A stretch of DNA of 64,000 nucleotides from Candidatus Latescibacterota bacterium (GCA_965248355.1 OZ252098.1:3168001-3232000); one strand, 5' to 3'; shown: positions 40,837 to 52,479, numbered from the stretch's first letter. Notes: generated by a model from the letters alone, not told the origin. Translations and numbers: made by a program.

Positions 40837-41698
40837 TCTCGTCGTCGACGTCTTCACCCACGAGGGGGCGGGAGGCAATCCGCTCACCGTCCGGATCCTC
40901 GACGAGCCCCTGGAGCCGAGGGAGATGATGTCCGAGGCCGCGGCGCGTGAGAGCAGGGAGACCGCCTTTCTCCACCCCCCGTCCGCAGGCGGCGAACCCT
41001 GGCGGGTGGACGTCTTCACGGCGGGCCGGCAGATCCCGTTCTCGGGCCACGCAGCCCTCGGGGCCGCCTGGACGGCGCGCGAGCACCTGCACCCCGAAAG
41101 GCCAGGGGAGATCGGCCTGGCCATGGCCCTGGGGGACGTGCACGTCCGCTTCGAGGACGGGACCGCCTGGCTCACGGCGCCGACCATCGAGCTGGGCTCC
41201 CCCTGGCCCGCCGCCGAGGTGCGCCGGACCCTGGGACTGCGCGGTCCGGTCCCCGAGGGGCTGGAGCCGCCGCGGCTCACCGGTGCCGGTCTCCCCATCC
41301 TCATCGCGCCCCTGGCCGACCTGCGGGAGCTGCACGCCTGCCACCTCGACGCCGCCGCCTTCCGGGCCTTCGGCGTACGCATGGTCCGCCACAAGGCGCT
41401 CCACACCCGCCTCTACGCCTGCTGCCGGGAGACGCGCTCGGCGGACAACCACCTCTCGGCCCGTCTCTTCCTGGCGGGGGCGGAGGAGGCCCTGGAAGAT
41501 CCGGCCAGCGGCTCGGCCGCCGTCTGCCTGGGGGCCTGCCTCTCGGTGCGGGGAGACCTCGAGCCGGAGGGCGGCGAGCTCCGCATCGAGCAGGGGTTCG
41601 AGATGGGCCGGCCCTCCCTGCTTCGGCTGCGGGCCGGCACCCGCGGGGGAATCGAGGTCGGGGGCGAGGTCCGGCCCTCGCCGGGGGGATCGGCGTAA
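40829..41698 (+). CDS. PhzF family isomerase/epimerase
   Basis: DVFT..GNP, ETAF, PFSGH, EDPASGSA, EQGFEMGRPS. Confidence 0.9.
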   Translation: MADLVVDVFTHEGAGGNPLTVRILDEPLEPREMMSEAAARESRETAFLHPPSAGGEPWRVDVFTAGRQIPFSGHAALGAAWTAREHLHPERPGEIGLAMALGDVHVRFEDGTAWLTAPTIELGSPWPAAEVRRTLGLRGPVPEGLEPPRLTGAGLPILIAPLADLRELHACHLDAAAFRAFGVRMVRHKALHTRLYACCRETRSADNHLSARLFLAGAEEALEDPASGSAAVCLGACLSVRGDLEPEGGELRIEQGFEMGRPSLLRLRAGTRGGIEVGGEVRPSPGGSA

Positions 41699-41741
41699 GC
41701 GGCCCTGTCCCGGCCACCTCTCAGGCCCTTGCTTTGATGAG

Positions 41742-43687
41742 ATGAACGCCTGCCGGCGAACCACCCGCGGCTGTTGGCTCGGGCTCGGGCTCCTGTCCAT
41801 GCAACTCTCCCCTCCCCTCCCCCTCCACGCCCAGGACGCCGTGATCGACTTCGCCCTCTCCCGCATAGATTCGGGCGAGGTGTGGGTCAGTCCCTACTTC
41901 GGGTACAACGGCCCCAAGCTGGTCTTCGACGGCGACGACTTCTACGCCGTGGGCATGTGGGGGCTGGATCCGGCCACCGCCGCCGGCGTCGTCTACCGCG
42001 GCGGCGAGGAGGGCTGGGAGCGGTTCTACGACTGGGGCACCCACGACTACCAGCCGGGCCTGGTGCTGCTCGACAGCGAGCGGCGGCTGGTGCTCGTCCA
42101 CCCCCGCCTCCTCGACGGCCCCCGCATCCTCCACCAGCAGCACCGCGGCGACCCGGACAGCTTCGAGGAGGTGCCCCTGCCCGAGGGGCTGGCCAAGGCG
42201 GGCTACCTCGGCGCCGCCATGGACGGCGACCGCCTGATCCTCGGGTACATCGCCGACCCGGCCACGTATTCCTTCCTCGTCGCCTGGGTCGATCTCGATA
42301 CCGGCGAGTGGGGCGGTCCGCACCTGCTGGCCCGGGAGCAGCGCTCCGAGGAGCCTTACACCACGTGGCTCTACCCCGTGATCCGGCCCGACGGCGACGG
42401 CTTCCACCTCGTGGTCAGCAACAACGCCGACCTCAGCTCCTACTACAACCGCATCAACTACCTCTACGTGCCCTACGCCGATCCGCTCTCGGCCGTGGTC
42501 GAGGTGGTGGCCGACGTCGATCCCTGGACGCAGAACATCGCCTATGGGGAGGCCATGTGGAAGGCGGCCGACGGGGCCCTGTACGTCACCGGCCAGCACG
42601 AGCCCGAGGGCGGCAACAACCGGCTGGTGGTCTACCGGCGGGACCCCGGGACGCAGCAGTGGGAGGAGGCGGTCATCGGGGGGGCGGCGGTGGCCGCGGT
42701 CTACGAGGCCCCGTCGAGGCCCGGGGAGTTGTGGATGACCGTCACCCACGGCAGCGCCCTGCAGTTGTTCCGAGGCGAAGACGGGGGCCGCAGTTGGGCG
42801 AGGGCCGACCTGGCCAGCTTCGACGGCCACGGTCTGCTCAACACCTGGTTCCTCTACGGGATGTCGCCGGCCAGCGGCAGCCTGCTGCCCGAGGAGCCCT
42901 GCGCGGTGTTCAGCAGCGGGCCCCATCCGAACCTGGAGCTGTGGTTCGTGCGCTTCCGCACCGCGCCGCCCACGGCGGTCGGCGGCCTGGCGGAGGCCCG
43001 CCCGCAGGCGAGCCGGTTGGCGCCGGCCTATCCGAACCCCTTCAACGCCGAGGCGGTGCTCCCCTTCGAGATCGGCCGCGAGGCGCGGGTGGACCTGCGC
43101 GTTCACGTGCTCGGACGTCCCCTGGCGGCGCTAGTGTCCCGTCCGAGAATTAAGAAGAATCAACAAGGGCTGTCCGATGTCGCCGCCACCGTCTCCCGAG
43201 CGCGCTGGATCTTGCGCAGGATGGTCTCGCCGTCGGCCTTCCAGCGGTAGGGTTTGGGGGCCAAGTTCCGCTGCGCCAAGTAGGCTTCGATGTCGCGCAC
43301 CAACTCCCCGACGCTGGCAAAGCTGCCGTCCCGAATCACATCCTGCGTCAGCTCGCCGAAGAACCGTTCGACCAAGTTCATCCAGGAGGAACTATCCGAA
43401 CCCGGCTTCACGACGCCGAGGCGGTCGCTCCCCTTCGAGATCGGCCGCGAGCGCGGCGGGTGGACCTGGGCGCGTTCAGCGACGGCTGCTCGGACGTCCC
43501 CTGGCGGCGCTGGTCGGCGGGCGGATGGCTTGATGTCCCGATCCGGTGCACGCTGTCCGGCGGGCGCTACCAGGCGCGCTGGGACGGGACCCTGGCCGAC
43601 GGCAGGAGTCTCGGCAGCGGCGTCTACATCCTGCGGCTGCGCGTCGGCGGCGACAGCCACACCCGCAAGGTGATGATCCTGCGGTGA
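41742..43687 (+). pseudogene. Secreted BNR/beta-propeller-like protein whose FlgD-like C-terminal domain is disrupted or duplicated
   Basis: Signal peptide; GEDGGRSW Asp-box; AYPNPFN; WDGTLADGRSLGSGVYILRL tail lies beyond an IS630 fragment and degenerate duplications. Confidence 0.65.
43132..43393 (-). mobile_element. IS630-family 3' fragment
   Basis: SSSWMNLVERFFGELT..RDGSFASV..PKPYRWKA; terminal TAGTGTCCCGTC end at a TA. Confidence 0.8.
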
Positions 43688-43802
43688 CGGAGCTACCAGG
43701 CGCGCTGGGAATGGCCGACGGCAGGAGTCTCGGCAGCGGCGTCTTCATCCTGCGGCTGCGCGTCGGCGGCGACATCGCAAGGTGATGATCCTGCGGTGAC
43801 GG
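43566..43802 (+). repeat. Tandem imperfect duplication (43566-43690 and 43692-43802) of the FlgD-tail coding end
   Basis: GGCAGGAGTCTCGGCAGCGGCGTC..GCAAGGTGATGATCCTGCGGTGACGG occurs twice. Confidence 0.85.
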
Positions 43803-43835
43803 CATGACACCGGAATCCACGACCGCGTCACGGAG

Positions 43836-44759
43836 ATGATCGGCGGCACCCCGCTGATCCGGCTGCGCCACCTGTCGCCCGAGGGCGGGGCGACGATCCT
43901 CGGCAAGATGGAGTACCTCAACCCCGGCGGCAGCGTCAAGGACCGCATCGCCCTGAGCATGGTGCGCGACGCCGAGTCCCGCGGCGTGCTCAAGCCGCAC
44001 ACGACGATCGTGGAGGCCACCAGCGGCAACACCGGCATCGGCCTGGCCATGCTCTGCGCCGGGCTCGGCTACCGCCTGATCCTGACCATGCCGGAGACCA
44101 TGAGCTTCGAGCGGCGGGCGCTGGTGACCCGCTACGGCGCCGAGGTGGTGCTCACGCCGGGGGACGAGGACATGGCCGGGGCCGTGCGCCGCGCCGGAGA
44201 GATCATCGCCCGCAACCCGAACTGCCTGGAGTTGCGCCAGTTCGAGAACCCGGCCAACCCGGAGGTCCACCGGCGCACCACCGGCCCCGAGATCCTGGAG
44301 GCCACGGGCGGGCGGATCGCCGCCTTCGTCACCGGTGTCGGCACTGGCGGCACGATCACCGGCGCCGGCCAGGTGCTCAAGGACACCATCGAGGGAATCG
44401 AGATCGTCGCCGTCGAGCCGGCGGCCTCGGCGGTGCTCTCCGGCGGCAAGGCCGGACCCCACGCCATCGAGGGGATCGGCGCCGGCTTCGTGCCCTCCAT
44501 CCTGAACCTCGAGGTCATCGACCGCGTCCTCACCGTGGAGGACCGCGACGCCTTCGACATGACCGAGGCCCTGGCGAGGCGCGAGTCGCTCCTGGTCGGC
44601 ATCTCCTCGGGGGCCAACGTCGTCGCCGCCCGGCAGGTCGCCGAGCAGCTGACCCCCGAGGCCGTGGTGGTCACCGTCCTGTGCGACACGGGCACCCGGT
44701 ACTTCTCCGTGGCCGAGTACTTCCGCGACCGGGAGGCTCAGGGCGACGGCTGGCTCTGA
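43836..44759 (+). CDS. cysK: Cysteine synthase A (true start probably near 43804, 1-nt indel)
   Basis: NPGGSVKDR, EATSGNTG, GVGTGGT, IEGIG, GISSGA; in-frame upstream IHDRVTE, but ATG 43804 is out of frame. Confidence 0.92.
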   Translation: MIGGTPLIRLRHLSPEGGATILGKMEYLNPGGSVKDRIALSMVRDAESRGVLKPHTTIVEATSGNTGIGLAMLCAGLGYRLILTMPETMSFERRALVTRYGAEVVLTPGDEDMAGAVRRAGEIIARNPNCLELRQFENPANPEVHRRTTGPEILEATGGRIAAFVTGVGTGGTITGAGQVLKDTIEGIEIVAVEPAASAVLSGGKAGPHAIEGIGAGFVPSILNLEVIDRVLTVEDRDAFDMTEALARRESLLVGISSGANVVAARQVAEQLTPEAVVVTVLCDTGTRYFSVAEYFRDREAQGDGWL

Positions 44760-44774
44760 GGAGGCGCGGCAGGC

Positions 44775-45911
44775 ATGCAACGCACGGAGAGAGCCTTCGA
44801 GAGCCGCTTCCGGCGGCGGCTGGCGCAGTGGCACCGGGGCCACCCGGTCCCCGGCGCCCTGGTCTGCGGCGTCATCGCCTGGCTCGCCTTCGAGCTGAGC
44901 GACCTGCCCTGGCCGCCCTTCACCCTCGCCGGCGGGCAGCACCCCCTGAGCCCGGTGCTGCTGGCCCTGCTTCTCGGCATGGCCCTGCGCAACCTGGTGC
45001 CGGCCACGGCCGGCCTGAAGCCCGGCGCCGACTTCGTCATCCGCCGGGTGCTGCTCCTCGGCATCGTCCTGCTCGGGGCCAGTCTCGACTTCCACAACCT
45101 GGTCCGCATCGGCCTCGGCGTGGTCGTCGGCGTCGTCGTCCTGATCGTGCTCGTCGTCCTGCTGGCCCGGGCCCTCGCCCCCCGCTTCGGCCTGGGGAGC
45201 AAGCCGGCCCTGCTGCTCGGCCTCGGCACCGCCATCTGCGGCACCTCGGCCATCGTCGCCGCGGCGCCGGTGCTGGAGTGCGAGGAGCAGGACGTGGCCG
45301 TGTCGGTGGCCACCGTGAACCTGCTCGGGGTGATGGCCATGCTCGCCTTCCCCGCCCTGGCCGCCCTGCTGGCCCTGTCCCCGGAGATCTACGGCCTCTG
45401 GTGCGGGCTGGCCATCCACGCCACGCCCCAGGTGCTGGCCGCAGGGTTCGCCCACCCCGCGGACGGCCAGACGGCGGGCGAGGTGGCCACCATCGTCAAG
45501 CTCGTGCGGATCTCGATGCTGGGGCCGGCGGTGCTCGTCATCGGCGCGCTCTACGCCCGCCACCGCCGCCGCCAGACGGCCTACGTGGGCCGGCGGGTCG
45601 ACTACGCGGGTCTGGTGCCGGGCTTCCTGCTGCTGTTCCTGCTCGCCGCCTTCCTGCGCACCACGGGATTCCTGCCCGATGTCACCTTCCACATGACCGA
45701 CCGGTTCCTGTTCGGCGAGGGGGACCGCACCTGGAACCTGGCGCAGGTGGCCGCCGGGACGGCGAAGTGGCTGATCACGGCGGCCATGGCCGGCGTCGGC
45801 CTGATGACGCAGCTGCGCTCCCTGGCCGCCGGCGGCGTCCGGCCCTTCGGCCTGGGGCTGGCCTGCAGCCTGGTCCTGGCGGTGCTCGGACTCGCCTACG
45901 CCGCGGTCTGA
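44775..45911 (+). CDS. YeiH/UPF0324 putative sulfate exporter family membrane protein
   Basis: LLGIVLLG, GTAICGTSAI, IHATPQV, KLVR, AMAGVG. Confidence 0.9.
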   Translation: MQRTERAFESRFRRRLAQWHRGHPVPGALVCGVIAWLAFELSDLPWPPFTLAGGQHPLSPVLLALLLGMALRNLVPATAGLKPGADFVIRRVLLLGIVLLGASLDFHNLVRIGLGVVVGVVVLIVLVVLLARALAPRFGLGSKPALLLGLGTAICGTSAIVAAAPVLECEEQDVAVSVATVNLLGVMAMLAFPALAALLALSPEIYGLWCGLAIHATPQVLAAGFAHPADGQTAGEVATIVKLVRISMLGPAVLVIGALYARHRRRQTAYVGRRVDYAGLVPGFLLLFLLAAFLRTTGFLPDVTFHMTDRFLFGEGDRTWNLAQVAAGTAKWLITAAMAGVGLMTQLRSLAAGGVRPFGLGLACSLVLAVLGLAYAAV

Positions 45912-45930
45912 GCGGCGGCGCGCCCCCTCC

Positions 45931-46515
45931 TCACTCCTCCGGCCGGCGCGGCGACAGCTCCCGGGCCGCGGCGAGCAGCACCTCCCGGCCCAGCCGCACC
46001 TGGTACCGCGGATTCACGTACTGGAACCGGATCCGGCGCTCGGTATCCACGAGGAACAATGCGGGCACGGGCAGCCCCGGCCGGCCGTCGGGCCGGAAGG
46101 CGACCCCGTAGGCGTGGGCCAGCTCCAGCTCCGGGTCGGAGAGCAGGGGAAAGCGCACGCCCCAGCTCTGCGCGGTCCGCGCCAGCTCCTCCGGCGGATC
46201 GATGCACACGGCGACGATCTGGAAGCCCAGGTCGCGCAACGCCTCTGAATCTGCTTGCAGTTGAACCAACTGCCGGCGGCAGTGCGGTCACCAGTGGGCG
46301 CGGTAGAAGACCAGGACCGTGGGACCGGCCTCCAGGGCCTCTCCCAGGTCGAACTCCCCGCCGGCGGCATCGGGCAGTACCCCGCCCGGCGCCGCACTGC
46401 CGATGAGGAGCGGCCGGATCTGGTCGGGCGCCTGCGGGATCGGCTCCGCGTCGGCGCCGGCCAGGCAGGCCGTCAACAGGACGGCCCCTAAGGGGATCGA
46501 CGATCTGGGTCGCAT
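45931..46515 (-). CDS. Exported AhpC/TSA peroxiredoxin-like protein, probable selenoprotein (UGA 46290-46288 = Sec)
   Basis: Two same-frame ORFs joined by TGA: VLVFYRAHW-U-PHC-RRQL; FPLLSDP, PALFLVD; SECIS-like hairpin. Confidence 0.85.
46257..46287 (-). promoter_or_regulatory. Candidate bacterial SECIS element
   Basis: GCAGUUG-GUU-CAACUGC 7-bp stem; loop starts with GU, 21 nt after the UGA. Confidence 0.65.
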
Positions 46516-46648
46516 GGAGGTTCACCTGTCTCGGGAGGGTGGACGAGAGTCGGCGCGAATATAGCTGCAGGGGGTCCGCATGGCACCGTCAGGGACCTTC
46601 CCGTAGATTCCCGCCGTCAAGCCACGCACCCACGTCAGGAGCGAGACG

Positions 46649-47461
46649 ATGACGGCGGCCACCCTTCCAGCGGAAGAGAAACGGACCTTCTTCGAGGAGC
46701 AGGGCTACCTGGTCCTCGAGGGGCTCCTCGACGAGACCGAGGTGGCGGCGTGCGCCGCGGAGATCGACCGCCTGCACACCCTCGCCGCCGAGCTCCCGGA
46801 GGACGAGCTCCGCCGCCGCAGCTTCCAGCTGGAGCCCTACGCGGCCGCCGGGGCGGGCGGCGGGCGGCCCGTGCTGCGCAAGATCGAGAAGACCCGGCAG
46901 CACTCCGCCGTCTTCCGCGACCTGTCCGCCCATCCGGGGCTGCTCGAGACCATCCGCATGCTTCTCGGGGACGACCTGCTCCTGTTCCGCAGCACCCTGA
47001 TGCTCAAACCCGCCCATCACGGCTCCGCCCACGGCCTCCACCAGGACTCGCCCTACTGGCCCATGGAACCGCCGGCGCTGGTCACGGTGAGCATCGCCCT
47101 CACCGACAGCTCTCCCGAGAACGGCTGCATCCAGGTGATCCCCGGCAGCCACAAGTGGGGGATGCAGAAGTGGGGGCACATCGCCCGCGAACGGGACCAG
47201 CCCCTCACCGACCGCCCGGACGTCGACCTGGGCCAGTGCCGGGAAGTCCCCCTGAAGGCGGGCAGCGCCCTGCTCTTCCACAGCCTGGTCGTGCACGGCT
47301 CGGGCCCCAACCACAGCCCGCACCCGCGGCACACGGCGCTCTACGCCTACTTCCCGCCCACGGTGCGCTACCGGCCGGCCGAGGGCAAGCCCCCGCAGAT
47401 GACCTTCCCCGTCGTCCACGGGCTCGGAGGCCGCGCCGAGCTGACCCTGACCGCCGACTGA
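46649..47461 (+). CDS. Phytanoyl-CoA dioxygenase (PhyH) family protein
   Basis: EQGYLV, HQD, ENGCIQVIPGSH, VHGSGPN..R. Confidence 0.92.
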   Translation: MTAATLPAEEKRTFFEEQGYLVLEGLLDETEVAACAAEIDRLHTLAAELPEDELRRRSFQLEPYAAAGAGGGRPVLRKIEKTRQHSAVFRDLSAHPGLLETIRMLLGDDLLLFRSTLMLKPAHHGSAHGLHQDSPYWPMEPPALVTVSIALTDSSPENGCIQVIPGSHKWGMQKWGHIARERDQPLTDRPDVDLGQCREVPLKAGSALLFHSLVVHGSGPNHSPHPRHTALYAYFPPTVRYRPAEGKPPQMTFPVVHGLGGRAELTLTAD

Positions 47462-47480
47462 GCCGCCGACGGCCCGACCG

Positions 47481-48302
47481 ATGAAGCTGATCGTCTTCTC
47501 GAAGATGCTCGCCGAGCGCAGCGTGCAGGAGCTGGGCGACCTCGCCGGCCGGCTCGGCATCGACGGGTACGATCTCGCCGTGCGGCCCGGCCACCCGGTG
47601 AATCCCGACAACGTCTCGGAGGCCCTGCCGGCGGCGGCCGACAGCCTGCGGCGGCGGGGATTCGACATCCCCCTGATCACCGCCGACACCGGCCTCGTCG
47701 ACCCCGCCGCTCCCGGGGCCGAGCCCCTGCTCAAGGCCATGGCAGCCGCGGGAGTGCCGCGCGTGAAGCTCGGCTATTTCAAGCTCGATCCCGCCGCCGA
47801 CTACTGGGAGGCCGTCGCCGCCTGCCGCGACCAGCTGTCCCGCTGGGGCGAGCTGGCCGCCGCCCACGGCGTGCAGGTCGTCTACCACACGCACTCCAAC
47901 CGCTGCCTGGGGCTGAACGCCGGTATGCTCGCCCACCTGCTGCGCGGTCTCGACCCGGCCCGCGTCGGCGCCTACCTCGACACGGGCCACCTCGCGGGCG
48001 AGGGCGAGGAGTTCCCCGTGGCCCTGGCCATCCACCGGGAGCACCTGTCGGCGGTGGCGCTGAAGGACTTCCTGCTGCGCCGCGAGCAGCGCCACGGGCA
48101 CGGCCTCAAGGTGCGCGACGTGGTGGAAGCCGGCCAGGGGATGGTCGACTTCACCACCGTCTTCGAGAGCCTGCGCGACAACGGCTACCGCGGCCCGGCG
48201 TCCATTCACTGCGAGTTCCACCTCCCCGGGGGAGGGTTCGGCGCGGCGGCGGCGCGGGAGGCCGCGTTCTTCGTCGCCCTGCGCCGGCGCATCTTCGGGT
48301 AG
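47481..48302 (+). CDS. Sugar phosphate isomerase/epimerase (xylose isomerase-like TIM barrel)
   Basis: DLAVRPG, YHTH, DTGH, LKDF, GMVDF, HCE. Confidence 0.85.
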   Translation: MKLIVFSKMLAERSVQELGDLAGRLGIDGYDLAVRPGHPVNPDNVSEALPAAADSLRRRGFDIPLITADTGLVDPAAPGAEPLLKAMAAAGVPRVKLGYFKLDPAADYWEAVAACRDQLSRWGELAAAHGVQVVYHTHSNRCLGLNAGMLAHLLRGLDPARVGAYLDTGHLAGEGEEFPVALAIHREHLSAVALKDFLLRREQRHGHGLKVRDVVEAGQGMVDFTTVFESLRDNGYRGPASIHCEFHLPGGGFGAAAAREAAFFVALRRRIFG

Positions 48303-48320
48303 CCGGGGCCGGAGACCGAT

Positions 48321-49076
48321 TTGCTCCCCCGCCGGCGTTTCACCCTGCTGATCATCCCCGAGGAGGGCGGACGTACCTACGAGTACAAGATCCCCCGCCT
48401 CTACTTGTGGGTCCTGGCGGTCATCGCCGTCGGCGTGCTGGGCTTCCTCGCCGTGGGCCTGCGCGCCTGGCACGAAGCCGGCTACTTGGCGGGGCGGGTG
48501 GAGCGGCTGGAGCGGGACAAGGCGATTCTCGTCGAGGAGGTGGCCTCCATCGACGCGCTCGAGGAAATCCTGCGGGGAGTGAAGGTCCGCAACGATCAGC
48601 TGCGCATGCTCACGGCGGAGGCCTTCGGCCTTCGGGGACCCGAAGCCGAGGACGAGCCGGGGCCGGGGGAGCGGGAGAGCTTCATCTCCCTGACCCATCG
48701 CCTCCGCTACGGAACTCTGAGCTCGGTGCCGACCCTCAAGCCGGTGCGCAGCTCCGCCTGGAGCCCCTCGGACGGCGGCCTGTTGCTCGAAGCTCCGGGC
48801 GGCTCTCTGGTGCGGGCCAGCGCCGCGGGCCGGGTGGACCACACCCGGTTCGACCCCGCGGCGCGGTGGTTCGAGCTGAGTCTCGACCACGGCCACGGCC
48901 TGTGGACGACCTACGCCGGGATCGGCGCGACGACCGTCGAGGACGGGGATTTCGTGCACAAGGGCCAACCCCTCGGTCTCACCGCGCGGTCCCGGGGCCC
49001 GACCCCCGGGCTGCGCTTCACCATCATCGAGAACGGCCTGGAGAGCACCGCCTCCTATCGCCGGTTCTGGCTCTAG
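48321..49076 (+). CDS. Membrane-anchored coiled-coil + M23/LytM-like domain, zinc ligands degenerate
   Basis: TM helix, coiled coil, VRASAAGRV, DHGHGLWTTY, GDFVHKGQPLG; HxH replaced (PGLRF). Confidence 0.8.
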   Translation: MLPRRRFTLLIIPEEGGRTYEYKIPRLYLWVLAVIAVGVLGFLAVGLRAWHEAGYLAGRVERLERDKAILVEEVASIDALEEILRGVKVRNDQLRMLTAEAFGLRGPEAEDEPGPGERESFISLTHRLRYGTLSSVPTLKPVRSSAWSPSDGGLLLEAPGGSLVRASAAGRVDHTRFDPAARWFELSLDHGHGLWTTYAGIGATTVEDGDFVHKGQPLGLTARSRGPTPGLRFTIIENGLESTASYRRFWL

Positions 49077-49120
49077 AGGCCGCGGCCGGCCGCGGCCGAT
49101 GGGTGGTTGCGCCGGCAATA

Positions 49121-49160
49121 GCAGAAGGGGTCCACCGAACCTCCGGTGGACCCCTTCTGC
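49121..49160. terminator. Hairpin between convergent genes, probable groEL terminator
   Basis: Perfect 17-bp stem GCAGAAGGGGTCCACCG with 6-nt loop; weak U-tract. Confidence 0.75.
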
Positions 49161-49195
49161 GCTGATTCCTGCGGTGCCTGCGGAGCGGCGCGCTC

Positions 49196-50833
<1,638 letters not shown>

Positions 50834-50869
50834 CTAAAGGATTGAAAGGGATATACTTAGAAAGGGTTG

Positions 50870-50896
50870 GTAGCACTCCCTTTGCGAGACTGCTAC
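50870..50896. promoter_or_regulatory. CIRCE element (HrcA operator)
   Basis: GTAGCACTC-N9-GACTGCTAC versus consensus TTAGCACTC-N9-GAGTGCTAA, about 50 bp upstream of groEL. Confidence 0.88.
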
Positions 50897-51107
50897 CCGT
50901 CGTTTACCAGTCAGAAAAGATATCGATGGCAGATGAAACACGCAAGCTGGGCGTGCGACCCGTGTTCCCGTCAGGCGCCGGCGCCCAGCCGCGGCACCCG
51001 GGTGGATCGGCGGCGGCTCCGCGTTTGCCGGGAACGCTCCCGGAGGCTATCTTGCAAGGCTGCGTCAATACTCGTTCCTTCAGGTAAAACAACAACTTAG
51101 GCTGGGT

Positions 51108-52478
51108 ATGCTGGATCTGCTCAACATCGCGCGCACGGAGGCTGCCGGCGGAGACCTCCACGGGATGCTGGAGGACCTGTTCGAGCCCAGCGACGTGCGC
51201 CCCGAGGGCTATCCCGAAGCCGTCATCTGGCAGGGCGGCAACCACGACGGCGGGGTGAACCCCGTGGCCCACTCCCTCACCGATGCATACGCCCTGCTCG
51301 GCACGCTGGCCGCCCTCGACGTCCTCGGACTGCCGTACTACGCTGTTCCCATGTGGGCCCAGTACCGCCACGACCTCGAGCTGGCGCCCCTGGCCTGGTT
51401 CGGCAACATGCCGTGCACGTCGATCAAGTGGTCGACGGCCGGCGACGCCTACGTCAACGACGGCCGGGGCGGCCGGGTCGTGGTCAGGGGCAAGTCGGGC
51501 AACGCCCAGCTGCGCACCCTGGCCGGGGTCTACTGCAACGTGCGCCCCTACGGAACGATCACCGTCGTGCGCTGCATGCCCTGCCTGCCGTACTCGCAGG
51601 ACCGCGCCCGGTTCGCCGTCGACGGCGGCAGCGGCGTCATCCACTCGGAGATGAACACCCCGGGGATCCAGATGGCCTACGCCAACCGCCGCTTCCTGCA
51701 GATGGTGCACGAGACCGGCCGGCTGGGGCGGGTCGCCTTCAAGCCGACCCAGGCCATGGAGGACGGCATCAACGCCGGCCTGCTGTCGTGGCTGCTGCGG
51801 GACACGCGCTTCGAGGTGGGGCGCAGGTACGCCGTCGACGGCTACGTGGAGCACCGCGAGCACGTGGACCGCATCGTCTCCCTGCTCCCGGCGGACTTCA
51901 AGGCCGGCATGGAGGGCTGGGGCGGCCGCATCGAGCAGCACATCGCCGACACCAGCTACGGACTGCTGCTGTGGGACCTGATCGACAAGCAGGAGGTCAT
52001 CGTCCTGGCCACCGACCTCGACGGCGACCGTCTCACCGACCTGCTGGCCGACGTCTCCGACCCCCTGCGCCACTTCGGCCAGCTCGTGGTCGACCACGTC
52101 GGCGCCGGGGCGAGGATGGACGACCTCTGGGGCCGGATGGGCTACACCACCGGCAACGGACGCGACATGACCTCGGTCATGTACCGCATGAGCGGCCCCC
52201 CGATCCACGAGCAGACCCTGGGCTCGGCCGACGCCATGCTCAGGCGGCTCCTCGACGGCGACGAGTCCATGGGCGGCACCAAGCGGCCCTACGACCCGCG
52301 CATCCACTTCGTCCTGATCCGCGACGCCTGTCTCGACGCCAATCCCGGCCACACGGAACTGCGGCAATGGCTCGACCGCGCCATGGACGCCTTCGACGAG
52401 GTCTACGGAGGCACGCGGCCCGGGTTCCTCGAGGGCTACCGGCACCTGAAAGAGGCCGTCACTCCCTGGGGGGCCTGA
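51108..52478 (+). CDS. Hypothetical protein (456 aa)
   Basis: Long ORF with host-like GC3 bias, adjacent to moaC; no recognised motif. Confidence 0.75.
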   Translation: MLDLLNIARTEAAGGDLHGMLEDLFEPSDVRPEGYPEAVIWQGGNHDGGVNPVAHSLTDAYALLGTLAALDVLGLPYYAVPMWAQYRHDLELAPLAWFGNMPCTSIKWSTAGDAYVNDGRGGRVVVRGKSGNAQLRTLAGVYCNVRPYGTITVVRCMPCLPYSQDRARFAVDGGSGVIHSEMNTPGIQMAYANRRFLQMVHETGRLGRVAFKPTQAMEDGINAGLLSWLLRDTRFEVGRRYAVDGYVEHREHVDRIVSLLPADFKAGMEGWGGRIEQHIADTSYGLLLWDLIDKQEVIVLATDLDGDRLTDLLADVSDPLRHFGQLVVDHVGAGARMDDLWGRMGYTTGNGRDMTSVMYRMSGPPIHEQTLGSADAMLRRLLDGDESMGGTKRPYDPRIHFVLIRDACLDANPGHTELRQWLDRAMDAFDEVYGGTRPGFLEGYRHLKEAVTPWGA

Positions 52479-52479
52479 G

